The notes beneath the pieces were generated by a model. It did not search any database. It was given only the letters and a program-made list of their open reading frames with translations, and was not told the DNA's origin. From an uncultured Rivularia sp. (lineage in GTDB: Bacteria; Cyanobacteriota; Cyanobacteriia; Cyanobacteriales; Nostocaceae): DNA of 64,000 nucleotides. A program made the position numbers and the translations under genes. The stretch lies in contig OY762007.1 of NCBI GenBank assembly GCA_963665115.1, forward strand, positions 4,224,001 through 4,288,000. The letters run 5' to 3'. This document shows, piece by piece, positions 10,692 to 22,318 of this stretch (its first letter is position 1; each line of letters opens with the position of its first letter).

Positions 10692-11285
10692 AGATTGAAT
10701 TATTAAATATTGATACCGAAAAACTGCGATACTTTTTTCTTATTTATTGTTTAACAGTAGCTTTCTTATTGCGATTAAAAACGGAAGTAGTGTTCCTGTA
10801 TCCAAATTTCATTATTAACATTGAATATGAGTACTTTCACTCATAAATATTTTGCTATCAGAGAATATTTTTTTATAATTACTTACTATTTGAACAGTAA
10901 TTGTAGTAACTTACGTAAAAAAACGGGTGAAAGCTTATAATCATCAATATTTCATTAGTTACTATTAATTATTTTAGATAAATAAGAGTAACTGTAATCA
11001 GAATTAACGATAATTTATTTAGAGTTATTTTCTACGTATACCACGGGAATCAAATTGTAATTTTTAATCTCAAAATTACACATTAATACGTTAACTAGAG
11101 AAATAAAATATACGGAATAAATATTTTTTAGTTATCTATACACAAAACAGAAGTTATTAATTTTACTAAAGATTATATTATTTTCATAAATAAAAATACA
11201 AGTAACATCTCTAACAATCGGATGATGAAATTACGATATAGCTAGAGTTATTAAGTAAGTAGAAAACAATGTAATTTCCTGCTCT

Positions 11286-11867
11286 ATGCTTTATAAAGCG
11301 TCTAATTTTTCTGAATCGCGCCAAGGAGACTGTTATCCCAAACATTTAATTAGTGCATCTACTTTAATGCGAACTGGCTTATTTATCGCTTTACTAGATT
11401 CAATTATTTATCCGAGTTTAGTCAGCTTTATCACGTCAGCATTTTTAATATCTGGGGTAGTTGCAATTACTTGGCGACAAAATTTAGATGCTTTATTTAG
11501 AGCTATTACAAAGTTTTCTAAACGATACAAAGTAACTTCCTCTGCCCTAATAGTTTTAGGCACATTTTTACTGTTAGATGCTCTCTCAACTCCGGTGCAA
11601 GCACAGTTTTTCCAAAATGCAGAAACCTGGATGAGTGGGCAGTTTACAGGTGCGGATGAAGCAATTGTTTTATCATTTAACGTACTACGAGGATTATTCT
11701 TGCTTTACTTAGGAATCTCTTTAGTCAAAGTAATTCAAGCTGCCAGAGACAATGAAGATTGGCAGAATTTAGCCAGAACACCAATGATTATTTTGATTGC
11801 AGTAACAGTAGGCGATATTCTAACCAATTTAATTATTGGAGGAGGAGGTGCTGCACCTGGAGGATAA
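11286..11867 (+). CDS. VirB2/pilin-like T4SS membrane protein
   Basis: PVQA-QFF processing-like site followed by two hydrophobic helices; first gene of the T4SS cluster. Confidence 0.55.
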   Translation: MLYKASNFSESRQGDCYPKHLISASTLMRTGLFIALLDSIIYPSLVSFITSAFLISGVVAITWRQNLDALFRAITKFSKRYKVTSSALIVLGTFLLLDALSTPVQAQFFQNAETWMSGQFTGADEAIVLSFNVLRGLFLLYLGISLVKVIQAARDNEDWQNLARTPMIILIAVTVGDILTNLIIGGGGAAPGG

Positions 11868-11915
11868 GAGGCAGGGAGCGGGCATTAGAGTTTAAAAAAG
11901 GAAAATAGATAAGAC

Positions 11916-12236
11916 ATGGAGGGTAGACCTAAATATCGTAAAGTTAACGCTACTTTAGGCAAACAACCATCAATAGGACCGTTCCCCGCAGACCAATTAA
12001 TACCTTGGGCAATCATTAGCGCTATTTCCTATTATCTTGCTCATGGTTTGTTGAGATTAAATTGGGTTTGGACTTGTTCTATAGCAGCTTGGGGAATAGC
12101 AACGTGGTGGATTCTTACTGCCAATGGCGCTTGGCGAATTTTGTCTAAGTTTGTTGCAACTCCAAATTGGACGAGAGTACGTTGTTTATACAAACCAGTT
12201 ATGAATTCAGGCACAAGTTCAAAAATCAAAAAATAG
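11916..12236 (+). CDS. VirB3-like T4SS membrane protein
   Basis: Small 2-TM protein (LGKQPSIGPFPADQ) between the pilin and VirB4. Confidence 0.55.
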   Translation: MEGRPKYRKVNATLGKQPSIGPFPADQLIPWAIISAISYYLAHGLLRLNWVWTCSIAAWGIATWWILTANGAWRILSKFVATPNWTRVRCLYKPVMNSGTSSKIKK

Positions 12237-12248
12237 TAAGTTCCACAG

Positions 12249-14958
12249 GTGAATTCCAAATCTAAAGTAGGTAAAAAAGTTGTTGATAACGGAGAACAGA
12301 AAGTCCGCTTGACACCTCTTGAAGATTCTTTTGCACTAGTCACCATGTTGCAAATAAATCTACAAGGAAAGTCTGTTGGGGCTTATATTTTACGCAAAGG
12401 AGTTGACAATTATTTAGTTCAGTTTGGTTTTGAATGTACGGGTGTTCATTCCACTTTGCGGACAGAGCAAATAGACCCCGGTTTTCAATGCAATTGAATC
12501 AGGATTAAAAGATTTACCACCTGGGGAACGTTTAACTATCCGTCTGAGTTCTTTTACTGACGACACTAACCGACAGCAGCAATTAAAAAATCTAAGCCAA
12601 ACCGCACCGAATATTGAATTGCAATTCCTCTTAATGGGAGAGCGATGCAGAACACAACAACTAACTAAAAAAGGAGTTCGCAAACCAAAGAAACTACACC
12701 TTTATTGCACATACACCATTGAAACTAGTAGCACGGGTACAACCGATGCGATTGAGAAAATTCTCTCAAAAGTAGAACGTTCTTGGAAATCATTTACAGG
12801 AGAAATCAACGAACTTCAATTCATCGCCATCGAACGGTTAATCCACAAATCATTCACTGACGGATTCCAATTATGGGAACAGTTGATATCAAACAAAATG
12901 GGGCTAGATATCCGCCCCTTAAGTGCTGACACATTATGGTCAGAACTTTGGCAGCGATTTAACACCACACCATCACGTCCAATACCACAACTTTTAATTT
13001 ATGACGAAAACGGACTCCGAGAAGAAATTTATTCAGATGTAGCTCCTACATCTTTACTCATGGAGTCTTCTTCCTCAATTCCCATCGCTGATAGACGTTG
13101 GGTGCATCTCAAAGACAAATATATTGCAGCTCTCACCTTCGCGGATAAACCCGGTGGTTGGGTTGATAAACAACAACAGCTTCGTTATTTATGGGAGGTT
13201 TTATCAAGAGAAAGAGTTTACGATACTGAAATATATTGTCAGCTGATGCGGGCTAATGAAACCTTAGTTAAAACCAATATGCAGCGTTTAACTAAACAAT
13301 CAAACACATCTGCTGCATTGGCTCAAGATAAAAACTCGGTTGACGTAAAGTCTTTACTAAATATCAAAAAATCCATTGCAGCCCAGGAAGAACTCTATGA
13401 GGGTTCTGTTCCCGTCCACGTCGCAACGGTGTTTTTGATGTATCGTCAAACTCGCGAGCAATTAGACGAAGCTTGTCGTTACTTACAATCTTGCTTTCTA
13501 CGTCCGGCTTGGGTTGTAAGAGAAACCGAATATCCCTGGCGAATCTGGTTACAAACTTTACCTATAGTTTGGGAACGCTTAATGACTGCTCCTTTTAATC
13601 GAAGGTTAGTCTACTTAAGTGGTGAAGTACCAGGATTAATGCCTGTGGTAAAAACTAAAACCGGAGATGGTAGCGGTTTTGAGTTAATCGCAGAAGAAGG
13701 AGGAACCCCAGTTGAACTAGATTTATACAGCCAGCATAAGAATTTAGGGCTATTTGCTACAACCCGTGCCGGGAAAAGCGTTTTAGCTTCTGGAATACTA
13801 ACTCAGGCATTAGCGCACGGAATGCCAGTTGTAGCAATGGATTATCCTAAGCCGGATGGAACCAGCACCTTTACAGACTACACCCGTTTTATGGAGAAGG
13901 ATGGAGCGTATTTTGATATTGGTAAAGAATCAAGCAATTTATTTGAATTACCAAACTTACGTTCCCTTTCTCCCAAATTGCAACAAGAGCGTTTTGAAGA
14001 CTATAAAGATTTCCTTGCTACCGCAATTATGGCAATGGTTGTCGGTAGTAAAGGAAATACTCAAAGCAAACAACAAGTTGATGCAGTTCGTTCGATAATT
14101 GCTTTAACCTTGAAAGCATTTTTTGCTGATGATTTAATTCGCGACCGTTATGCTGCTGCTTATACCAATGGGTTTGGTTCGGATGAATGGTCTGCAATTC
14201 CAACATTGCATGACTTTCTAAGTTTTTGTTCTCACGAACGTTTGCAACTTGAAGATAATAGTGGTGATACTAAAGCAGCCCTAGAAACAATAAAACTGCG
14301 TCTGCGATTTTGGCTTTCATCACGAGTTGGACAAGCTTTAGCACAGCCTTCAACCTTCCGCAGCGACGCTCGACTTTTAATTTTTGCATTACGAAACCTA
14401 TCCAATGATGAAGATGCGGCTGTTTTAAGTTTAAGTGCTTATAGTGCAGCGTTACGTCGAGCATTAGCTGCTCCGGCGAGTATCTTTTTCATTGATGAAA
14501 GCCCGATTCTATTTGAATATGACTCAATTGCAGCTTTAGTAGGTAGGTTGTGTGCGAATGGTGCAAAAGCGGGAATTAGAGTAATTTTATCCGCTCAAGA
14601 CCCAGATACAATTGCAAAATCTCCATCTGGCTCAAAGATATTTCAAAATTTAACTACTAGATTGATTGGTCGCATTCAACCCACTGCTGTTGATAGTTTT
14701 ACAACAATTTTGAAATATCCTCAAGAAATTATTGCTCGTAATGCTACAGAAAGCTTTTTTCCTAAAAAGGAGGATTTGTACTCGCAATGGTTGCTTGATG
14801 ATAACGGAATATTTACTTTTTGTCGTTATTATCCAGCACCTATTCTGTTAGCTGTAGTAGGGAATAATCCAAAAGAACAAGAACAGAGAACGCTTTACTT
14901 GTCAAAGTATTCAGATAAATTTGTTGCTCTGACGGAACTTTCTAAACAATTAATTTAA
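12249..14958 (+). CDS. virB4: VirB4-like conjugation ATPase (frameshift near 12477)
   Basis: Walker A ATTRAGKS, Walker B FFIDE, SAQD; 12249-12497 joins the long frame at gacccc. Confidence 0.8.
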
Positions 14959-14985
14959 ACTGAATAGTTACATGACTATAAAACT

Positions 14986-15696
14986 ATGAAAAAAATCAAT
15001 AAATTGACCATTATTTTAGTTGGAATTAGCACAATCTCATCAATTAGTATTAACCGAGCCTATGCTTTAGAAATACAAAATCCCTTGGTAACAGTAATTG
15101 AGCAATTGCAAGAACAAACTGGTTCTGTGAATAAATATATTTCCTCAACCATCTCCGGTAAATTAGATGATTTATCCGAATCTTTAGAGGGAGATTTACA
15201 GGCAGTAGTACAAGAAGCTGCTGGTATATTAGGCTTACCGGATGCCGGAGAAGTTAGAAAGGAAATTGAGGTTATGGCATCCGATAGCAACAATGCAGTC
15301 AATAGTGTTGATAAAGCAACTAACGAAGTTGACCGCCAAATAACTCGTGCTTCTGGTTTTACGTTGACTAAAGAAGGACAAGAAAATATGAAAGCACAAG
15401 TCGAAAAAACTCAAACATCAATTGAGACAGTTTCCATATTTTCTGATGCTGCTCAAAATGATGTTGTTACCCAGAATGTAATGAAGCGTATTGCCCAGCA
15501 GAATACTCAAATTACAGGAATATTAGGTGCAATGCGAAGTGATGGCTTGAAAACAAAACAATCCCAAGATTTGGCGAATCTCAACCTAACTAATATATCT
15601 CGTTCTTTAGACGGTCAAAATCAGTCACGCAAGAAAGAAGTTGTTGGTCAAGGTTTTAGCAATTTAAGAACTGCTGCACAGGCACGATTGTTTTAG
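14986..15696 (+). CDS. Secreted helical T4SS component (VirB5/TrbJ-like)
   Basis: Signal peptide, Q/N-rich coiled coil, position in the cluster. Confidence 0.5.
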   Translation: MKKINKLTIILVGISTISSISINRAYALEIQNPLVTVIEQLQEQTGSVNKYISSTISGKLDDLSESLEGDLQAVVQEAAGILGLPDAGEVRKEIEVMASDSNNAVNSVDKATNEVDRQITRASGFTLTKEGQENMKAQVEKTQTSIETVSIFSDAAQNDVVTQNVMKRIAQQNTQITGILGAMRSDGLKTKQSQDLANLNLTNISRSLDGQNQSRKKEVVGQGFSNLRTAAQARLF

Positions 15697-15710
15697 AAGA
15701 TTGCTACAGT

Positions 15711-16733
15711 ATGTCATTCCTACTATTACCTTGGGGACTAATTCTCGCTCAAGTTCAACCAGAAAATCCGGGACAAGCAGCTTCCACAATTACAGAGGAC
15801 GGAATCGCAGCGAGCGAAGCTGTTGCACAGTCAATTGATAATCTTTGGGATGACGTTTTAGGTGGTGGTTTATATAGTGCGATCGCCAATCTCGGAATCT
15901 TCTTTGCAGTTGGTACATTGTTGATTTTCATCGTTCAGTGGACAAAGGAAATGATTGACGGTGATAGTTCCAAAGGATTCACCGAACTAATCTGGACAAT
16001 CGTTGTCATAGTTCTACTTGCAAACAACGGTCAACAATTAATAGCTGTGACCAAAGGCTTGAGAGGAATAATCAACCAAACTAATCAAACTCTTTTAGTT
16101 TCTACCTCTGCTTCTATCCAATTGCAAGAAGCTTATCAACAGGTAATGCTCAAAACAGGAAAAACAGACGCAATTGAGTCGCTGATTAACCAATGTAATA
16201 CCATTGCCGACCCAACGCAACAAACTGAGTGTCTACAAAATGCAGCCCGACAAGCGGAGCAAATTGAAGCAGAAGCTGACCAAGATAACCGTCCATCTTG
16301 GCTCAAGAATGCCAGCGATTTTTTCAACACCAATATTTTTCAGTTAGCAGTACGTGGTTGGCTTCTAACGCTTGCGGCAGCTTTTCAATGGATAATCGAG
16401 ATTTGTATGTTGTTGACTGCACTACTAGGACCGCTAGCTGTTGGAGGTTCCTTGCTTCCCGTCGGTCAAAAAGCTATTTTCGCATGGTTAACAGGTTTCT
16501 TCTCGGTGGGAATGATAAAACTTTGCTTCAATATTATTTCTGGTTTGGTTGCCACGATGGTCTTGAATGCTGACAATAACGACCCAATGATTTTTGCATT
16601 TGCAATTGGTATTCTTGCCCCAATTTTATCTGTAGTTTTAGCAGCAGGTGGTGGATTAGCAGTTTTTAGAAGTTTTTCGAGTATTGCGAGTTTTGGTCTT
16701 TCTACCTTCGTAACTAGAATTGTAAGTAAATAG
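15711..16733 (+). CDS. VirB6-like polytopic membrane protein
   Basis: Multiple TM helices, LLGPLAVGGSLLP. Confidence 0.65.
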   Translation: MSFLLLPWGLILAQVQPENPGQAASTITEDGIAASEAVAQSIDNLWDDVLGGGLYSAIANLGIFFAVGTLLIFIVQWTKEMIDGDSSKGFTELIWTIVVIVLLANNGQQLIAVTKGLRGIINQTNQTLLVSTSASIQLQEAYQQVMLKTGKTDAIESLINQCNTIADPTQQTECLQNAARQAEQIEAEADQDNRPSWLKNASDFFNTNIFQLAVRGWLLTLAAAFQWIIEICMLLTALLGPLAVGGSLLPVGQKAIFAWLTGFFSVGMIKLCFNIISGLVATMVLNADNNDPMIFAFAIGILAPILSVVLAAGGGLAVFRSFSSIASFGLSTFVTRIVSK

Positions 16734-16740
16734 AAAAAAT

Positions 16741-17541
16741 ATGACGAACTTAGATAATAATTTTAGTTCAGAATCAACTCAAAATAAAAGACTAAAATTT
16801 TTAAATCGTGCATCTAAAAATTTTTCAACTGGCGATAGTTTAGCTTTGTTTGCAGTTGGAACTTTTGGATTGCATCTGATAACATTTTTTATGCTTATAT
16901 TACTCTACGGTTCTTATTCACAATTAAATAAAAAGCCACCTCCTTCATTGGTTCAATTAGAAACAGGTAAAGCAATTAAAGTAGCACCGTTAGGAAATGT
17001 TGAACGCACTCCACAAGTAGTATCTCGTTTTGTTTCCGATACGATGACTTTAATGATGAATTGGTCGGGAACACTACCACCGAACACTGTTGAAGAAAAC
17101 GCAAAACCACTACAAGACAAAGGTGTAGATGTGGTCGAGCGTGGAGCAAGAGGAAATAAAGTTGCATCTAGAGCATGGCAAGCATCTTATGCGTTATCGT
17201 CCGATTTTCGTCAGGAGTTTTTGAAGAAGCTTGCTTCAATGACACCGCAGGGAGTTTTTAAAGGTACAACTCAAGTAGTTTTAATCCCGCTATCAATTCA
17301 ATCTCCTACCAAAATTGGTGAAGGAAAATGGAAAGTCAAAATGATTGCTAATTTGAATGTATTTAATCAAAGTAATAATTTAGGAGAGATAATTCCGTTT
17401 AATAAAGAGATATTTATTAGAGCAGTTATTGCACCAACGGAACCTATAAATACCAGTGATTTAGCTACTGTTGTTTATCAAGTGCGTGCTAGTGGATTAG
17501 AAATTTATGCAATTCGAGACTTACAAGCGGAGAATTTATAA
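16741..17541 (+). CDS. VirB8-like T4SS protein
   Basis: Single N-terminal TM plus alpha/beta domain; gene order. Confidence 0.5.
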   Translation: MTNLDNNFSSESTQNKRLKFLNRASKNFSTGDSLALFAVGTFGLHLITFFMLILLYGSYSQLNKKPPPSLVQLETGKAIKVAPLGNVERTPQVVSRFVSDTMTLMMNWSGTLPPNTVEENAKPLQDKGVDVVERGARGNKVASRAWQASYALSSDFRQEFLKKLASMTPQGVFKGTTQVVLIPLSIQSPTKIGEGKWKVKMIANLNVFNQSNNLGEIIPFNKEIFIRAVIAPTEPINTSDLATVVYQVRASGLEIYAIRDLQAENL

Positions 17542-19250
17542 TGAATTCGCAGTCTGAAGATAATGACTTAAAAAATTTAGATAAATCCGATAGTGATTGG
17601 AATGAAGTAAGTTTTGAGAAACTGCTTGGATTTCATGATGAGAACCAACCACCGAGGGAAAAGGAATTTACTGAAATTCAAGATAGTAAGTCCTCAGAAG
17701 TGCCGAACCAAACAGAACCGAGTCCAATTGCTACATATGAATTATTTGACTCTCCACATGAAGGTAAAACTCAATCTCATTTTTACAGCAATCCTTTCGC
17801 TAAATTCGGTGCAGTTGGTTTAGTAATGCTTGTTGTATTTGGTTCTGCTGCGACAGTTTTAAACAGCATTATGTCAGGTAGTCTTAAAACTGCACCAACA
17901 AAAGAATACTCAAAACAATCCAAACCCAAGGTAGAAATTGCCAATAATCCAATTGAAAGAGAAACGGGAAAATTAAAAGCGGAATTAGCACTCTCAACCC
18001 AAGCTGAAAAAATCAAATCTGTAGAACGTGCTAAAAGTCCTAAAACTACTGTGAATAAACCTAAAGATAAACGGGAGCAAGAGCCTTCTAGACCAGTCAC
18101 AACTCGAACAACTCCAACTACAGAGCCAACCAAACCTATTCGGACTCAAATAGTTTCAAGACCACCAGCGAGGACTCAAGCTCCATATATACCTCGTCTT
18201 CAACCTCAATCATCACCTTTAGGATATAATAATGAAACTCCGAGCGCTCCACCAGTACCTCAAGGGTCCCGCCAATTTCAGCCAGTTGCAAATAGAATTA
18301 GCAAACCTTCTTATCCCAAAGTTGAAGAAAAAACTGACCCGATGGAAGAATGGACTAAAATTAGTCGTTTGGGAAGCTATGGCAGCAGCGAAATTACGAC
18401 TAATACTGATGACCAGCAACAGAAAGGAAATACGTTTGATACCACTATACGAGATCAACAACAACCAACAATCCAAAATGCAACTTTAATTTCAGCAGTC
18501 CAGACAGCACAAACACTAAACAGTGATGAACTAGAACCGCTTTATAGTGAAGAAGCGGCAATTATTAGATATGAAAACAATTATCAATTACAGGTGGGGG
18601 AATCGGTTGATGGAAAGTTATTAACCCCTTTAATCTGGAGTAATCATTTTACTAGCAAGAATTCAACTCAACAATCTAAAAATAAGTCAAAAAGCGAAAA
18701 ATTTGTAATTGAACTGGAACAACCATTAAATACACCAGAAGGAAAAGTAGTCATACCTATCGGTTCTCAAGTTGTAGCTCAAATTAAGAACGTTAATCAA
18801 GGGGGGCTAATTGAACTTCAAGCAACTCAAGTTGTGATTGATGGTAAAGAATATATTCTCCCTCCAAGTGCGATCGCCATTCGTGGTAATTCCGGAAAAC
18901 CTTTAGTAGCATCTCGTTTAAACAGTAAGAAAGGAGAAATTGCAAGACGAGACGTAGAAACCTTCGCTGTTGGTTCTTTAGCGAAAGTCGGTAAAGTTCT
19001 TAATCAACCCAAAGAACAACAAATATCAACGAGTAGTGGATTTGGTGGTACTAACTCTTTCTCTTCTACGAGAAGAAGTCGAGAAAATATTTTAGGAGCG
19101 GTTTTAGAGGGAGGATTTGAACCGCTAACTCAACAAATTATCGAACGTAATCAGCAAGCACTACAAGAACTACAGAAACAAGGTGATGTTTGGTATGTCA
19201 AAGCTGGTACTGAGGTACAAGTCTTTGTGAATGAATCTTTTCAATTTTAA
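17541..19250 (+). CDS. TrbI/VirB10-like protein
   Basis: TM, Pro-rich linker and C-terminal beta domain (VIPIGS..., VKAGTEVQVFVN). Confidence 0.75.
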   Translation: MNSQSEDNDLKNLDKSDSDWNEVSFEKLLGFHDENQPPREKEFTEIQDSKSSEVPNQTEPSPIATYELFDSPHEGKTQSHFYSNPFAKFGAVGLVMLVVFGSAATVLNSIMSGSLKTAPTKEYSKQSKPKVEIANNPIERETGKLKAELALSTQAEKIKSVERAKSPKTTVNKPKDKREQEPSRPVTTRTTPTTEPTKPIRTQIVSRPPARTQAPYIPRLQPQSSPLGYNNETPSAPPVPQGSRQFQPVANRISKPSYPKVEEKTDPMEEWTKISRLGSYGSSEITTNTDDQQQKGNTFDTTIRDQQQPTIQNATLISAVQTAQTLNSDELEPLYSEEAAIIRYENNYQLQVGESVDGKLLTPLIWSNHFTSKNSTQQSKNKSKSEKFVIELEQPLNTPEGKVVIPIGSQVVAQIKNVNQGGLIELQATQVVIDGKEYILPPSAIAIRGNSGKPLVASRLNSKKGEIARRDVETFAVGSLAKVGKVLNQPKEQQISTSSGFGGTNSFSSTRRSRENILGAVLEGGFEPLTQQIIERNQQALQELQKQGDVWYVKAGTEVQVFVNESFQF

Positions 19251-19265
19251 CTAGGGGCAGCCGTT

Positions 19266-20036
19266 ATGAATATTTTGCAGTGGAAAACCACAATTGCTTG
19301 CTGTGTATTATTACCTCTGACAAATTTATCGCCAGTAATTGCAAGTGAAATAAAACAGAATGTGAAACAAATTCCCCAGGGAATTGCTACTGGTCATAAT
19401 TCCCAAAATATACCCAAAATTGAGTTGTCGCCCGGTTATGGAGTAAACATTTCATTTATTAAAAGTAACGAAATAGTAGAAAAAGTATGGTTAGATAATC
19501 CTGTATTCGCATCACTCGACGTGGATGGCTGTTTATCAACAGAGGGGAAAGAATGTGAAAAAGAAGGGGCAACGGTAATACATTTAAGACGAATTAAGCC
19601 GTTAAAAGTAAAACAATTACCATTATCTAATAGCAGCTTATTAACCGTAATTTCAAAAGGTAAATCGGGAAGAAAGGTATATTTATTTAAAGTGGTAATG
19701 GGAGATAAAACTCCTACTTTCCATACTCTAGAAATCATACCTGATATCAAAATATCTCCCGAAACGACTCAATTCTCTAACATTAAAAATAATGGCGAAT
19801 TGAAGCAAATTAGTCGAGGGTTAAAACTTGTTAGCAAAAGAGGCTTGATTCATCGAGAATCCCTTTTGTGGTCAAGAATAGCAAACTTCTTAGTGAAAGT
19901 AGGAATGGGTGAACCCGTTGACAGTGCTGCTCGTAGAAGTGGTATTTCGATGCGGTTGGTTAATCGCCTAATTGAACTAGGAAGTTTAAGAGGCAGGGGG
20001 CAGCGGGAGGGAATAAAGCGAAAGTATTTTACATAA
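19266..20036 (+). CDS. Secreted T4SS core protein (VirB9-like)
   Basis: Signal peptide, IELSPGYGVNISF..EKVWLDNP. Confidence 0.5.
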   Translation: MNILQWKTTIACCVLLPLTNLSPVIASEIKQNVKQIPQGIATGHNSQNIPKIELSPGYGVNISFIKSNEIVEKVWLDNPVFASLDVDGCLSTEGKECEKEGATVIHLRRIKPLKVKQLPLSNSSLLTVISKGKSGRKVYLFKVVMGDKTPTFHTLEIIPDIKISPETTQFSNIKNNGELKQISRGLKLVSKRGLIHRESLLWSRIANFLVKVGMGEPVDSAARRSGISMRLVNRLIELGSLRGRGQREGIKRKYFT

Positions 20037-20078
20037 ATCAAACTGTAGTAATGAAATTTTTAAATAGGTACTTATATT

Positions 20079-21758
20079 ATGAAATTACTAAAACAGAATT
20101 TAATATTTGCTTGGGGGGTGAGTTTATCACTTTTGATTTCTGGTGCGATTATTGTTGGGTTGCAACAGAAATCTATATCTAATTCTCCATCAAGACACTC
20201 GGAAATTCCTACAATTAAATGGCAAAATACTCGTTTACCAAATTGGAATCAAATTACGTTTTCTAAAATGCCAGCGATTACTGAACCTGGTTCATTTCAA
20301 GCACCTGAGATAGTGATTTCAAAGTTAGAATATGACCCATCTCGTAGTTGGGATACGGGACAAAAGCCTGATTCGTTTACAATGCTGGGTGATTTTCAGG
20401 ACTCTTTTAAACTCCAAGAATTTTCACTTTTGGATATTTCTCAAATTACTAGCTCTGATATACAAGAAGTTGACTTGTCCCGTTTTGGTGTATTCAAATT
20501 TCAAACAATAGAAAGCTTAGTTAAAGCAATACCTGATTTAGAAGAATGGAAGATAGGAGATGTAAAACCAATATATGATTTACTTTCAGAAAATTTATCC
20601 CAGCCATTTAACTCGAATCAAACTATAGGTAATTTGCTCAAAATATCTTCACATTTGGGTAAATTAAATTTTGAATCTTCGGATTTAACATCTTACAAAA
20701 TCGATTCAATTCCGGGATTATCAATAACTCCAATTGCTAGCTTTGACAAATGGCAAGGAGTTTATATTGATGAGGTACCCGGATTAAGCAATGTACCATT
20801 TTCCCAATTCCCCAATCCTGCTAACCCCATAGGAATGCAAGTTGGAATAGTAGATGTTGCGTTTGCAACTAACGAACAAAAACGAGATAGAACTATTTCA
20901 GGTAGTAACTTTGAAGGATTTGCAGTAGCTTGTGATAAAGATTGCGCCCATATTGAACTATCTGGCTCTCCAAGTGTTAAGGGTAAAGCTTGGGTTAGTG
21001 GTAAGTATCAGTTGGTTAAAGGTGGAGGAGGAATCTTAGGTTCGGTAAATGGTGGCAAAGAACCCACTGGTAGAAACCTATTTGGTGATGCTTTTAAAGT
21101 TGCTGTGTGGGATGTTTCTGAAGTAGATGGAAAAGTTTCTCAATCTTTATTCTTCCGGGTTTGTATGCGAAATAATTTCGTTGACTTAGGATGTACACCT
21201 TATTTTATTGGTCCGGTTCCGTTTATGACTTATAAGGAGAAGGAACCCATATTCTTAGGTACGATTGATTCTAATAAAAATTCGATGTCAGTACCTACAG
21301 GTTTAAACAGTAGCGGATTTAGTTTTGATAATTCTCCAATTATTTCTTCAAAGAAGGAAAATAATGTATTTAACTTGATACCTGTTGCAAAGGGAGATTG
21401 CAGAAATATTCATTCATCTAATACTAATCTTGATGCTTTAAGTGGAGCATTATTAGACGTAGAAAGTAGTTACATTACACAGAATTTTTCACCGACCGAA
21501 CAGCAATCTTTAATTGAATCAAACAATAGTGATTTACTATCAATTGCATCGCAGCAAACTGACCCAACCACAGGTAAACCTTTTACTGGAGACAGACTAG
21601 TTGAACGTGCAACTCAAATGCATTTCGCTGGTGTAAATATTCCTATTGATTCTCAAATTCGTGATGTGAGTAAGGGTATGACAGTCAAAGAATATGGAGA
21701 AAAAGCGAAAGCTAAATACAAGCATAATTTGCAATCAATGAATTGTTTATCAGATTAA
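20079..21758 (+). CDS. Secreted T4SS-associated protein with internal IP-L repeats and a possible degenerate lysozyme-like C-terminus
   Basis: N-terminal TM, repeated SIPGL/EVPGL, paired Cys, CAHIEL and KEPTGR motifs. Confidence 0.55.
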   Translation: MKLLKQNLIFAWGVSLSLLISGAIIVGLQQKSISNSPSRHSEIPTIKWQNTRLPNWNQITFSKMPAITEPGSFQAPEIVISKLEYDPSRSWDTGQKPDSFTMLGDFQDSFKLQEFSLLDISQITSSDIQEVDLSRFGVFKFQTIESLVKAIPDLEEWKIGDVKPIYDLLSENLSQPFNSNQTIGNLLKISSHLGKLNFESSDLTSYKIDSIPGLSITPIASFDKWQGVYIDEVPGLSNVPFSQFPNPANPIGMQVGIVDVAFATNEQKRDRTISGSNFEGFAVACDKDCAHIELSGSPSVKGKAWVSGKYQLVKGGGGILGSVNGGKEPTGRNLFGDAFKVAVWDVSEVDGKVSQSLFFRVCMRNNFVDLGCTPYFIGPVPFMTYKEKEPIFLGTIDSNKNSMSVPTGLNSSGFSFDNSPIISSKKENNVFNLIPVAKGDCRNIHSSNTNLDALSGALLDVESSYITQNFSPTEQQSLIESNNSDLLSIASQQTDPTTGKPFTGDRLVERATQMHFAGVNIPIDSQIRDVSKGMTVKEYGEKAKAKYKHNLQSMNCLSD

Positions 21759-21760
21759 TT

Positions 21761-22318
21761 ATGCAACCAAATATTTATAAAATTTATCAGTTTAAGTTGA
21801 AGAAGAATCGAACTGCTGCTTTGATTTTATTTATAGTTATCATGACTTTTACTGTATCGGCTTTACATACAATTTTATCTAATAATAATCGTATAGCTAC
21901 CTGGAAAAGCGCAGAGTCAGTTACACCACAACCTCTTCTAAAACAGGTTTTATCTCAAAAATCAACTCGCTATCTTGATATTTCCTCAATCAAAGTTATA
22001 CGAATCCCATCTCAAGGTGCTGGTCACTTATACATTTTTGATTATGCTTCTTCTCAACTTTGTGGTGCTGCTGGGTGCTTGTATTCAGTTTATAACAAGT
22101 CGGGTAAGCTACTTTTAGAATTTATCGCTAATTCCGGGCTACCTTATAGAGAAAAGTTAATTAAGGTTTCTGAAACTGCTAACCAAGGTTTTCCTTGCCT
22201 AACTATTACTCAAAGTACAAATACAGATGGATTACTATCACAAACCGAATTTTGTTATCAACAGGGAAAGTATATTGCCTTAAATAAAAGTTTTATTAGT
22301 CAAAAGAAAAATGAATAA
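21761..22318 (+). CDS. Hypothetical exported protein
   Basis: TM plus LCGAAGCLY motif; ATG at 21761. Confidence 0.55.
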   Translation: MQPNIYKIYQFKLKKNRTAALILFIVIMTFTVSALHTILSNNNRIATWKSAESVTPQPLLKQVLSQKSTRYLDISSIKVIRIPSQGAGHLYIFDYASSQLCGAAGCLYSVYNKSGKLLLEFIANSGLPYREKLIKVSETANQGFPCLTITQSTNTDGLLSQTEFCYQQGKYIALNKSFISQKKNE

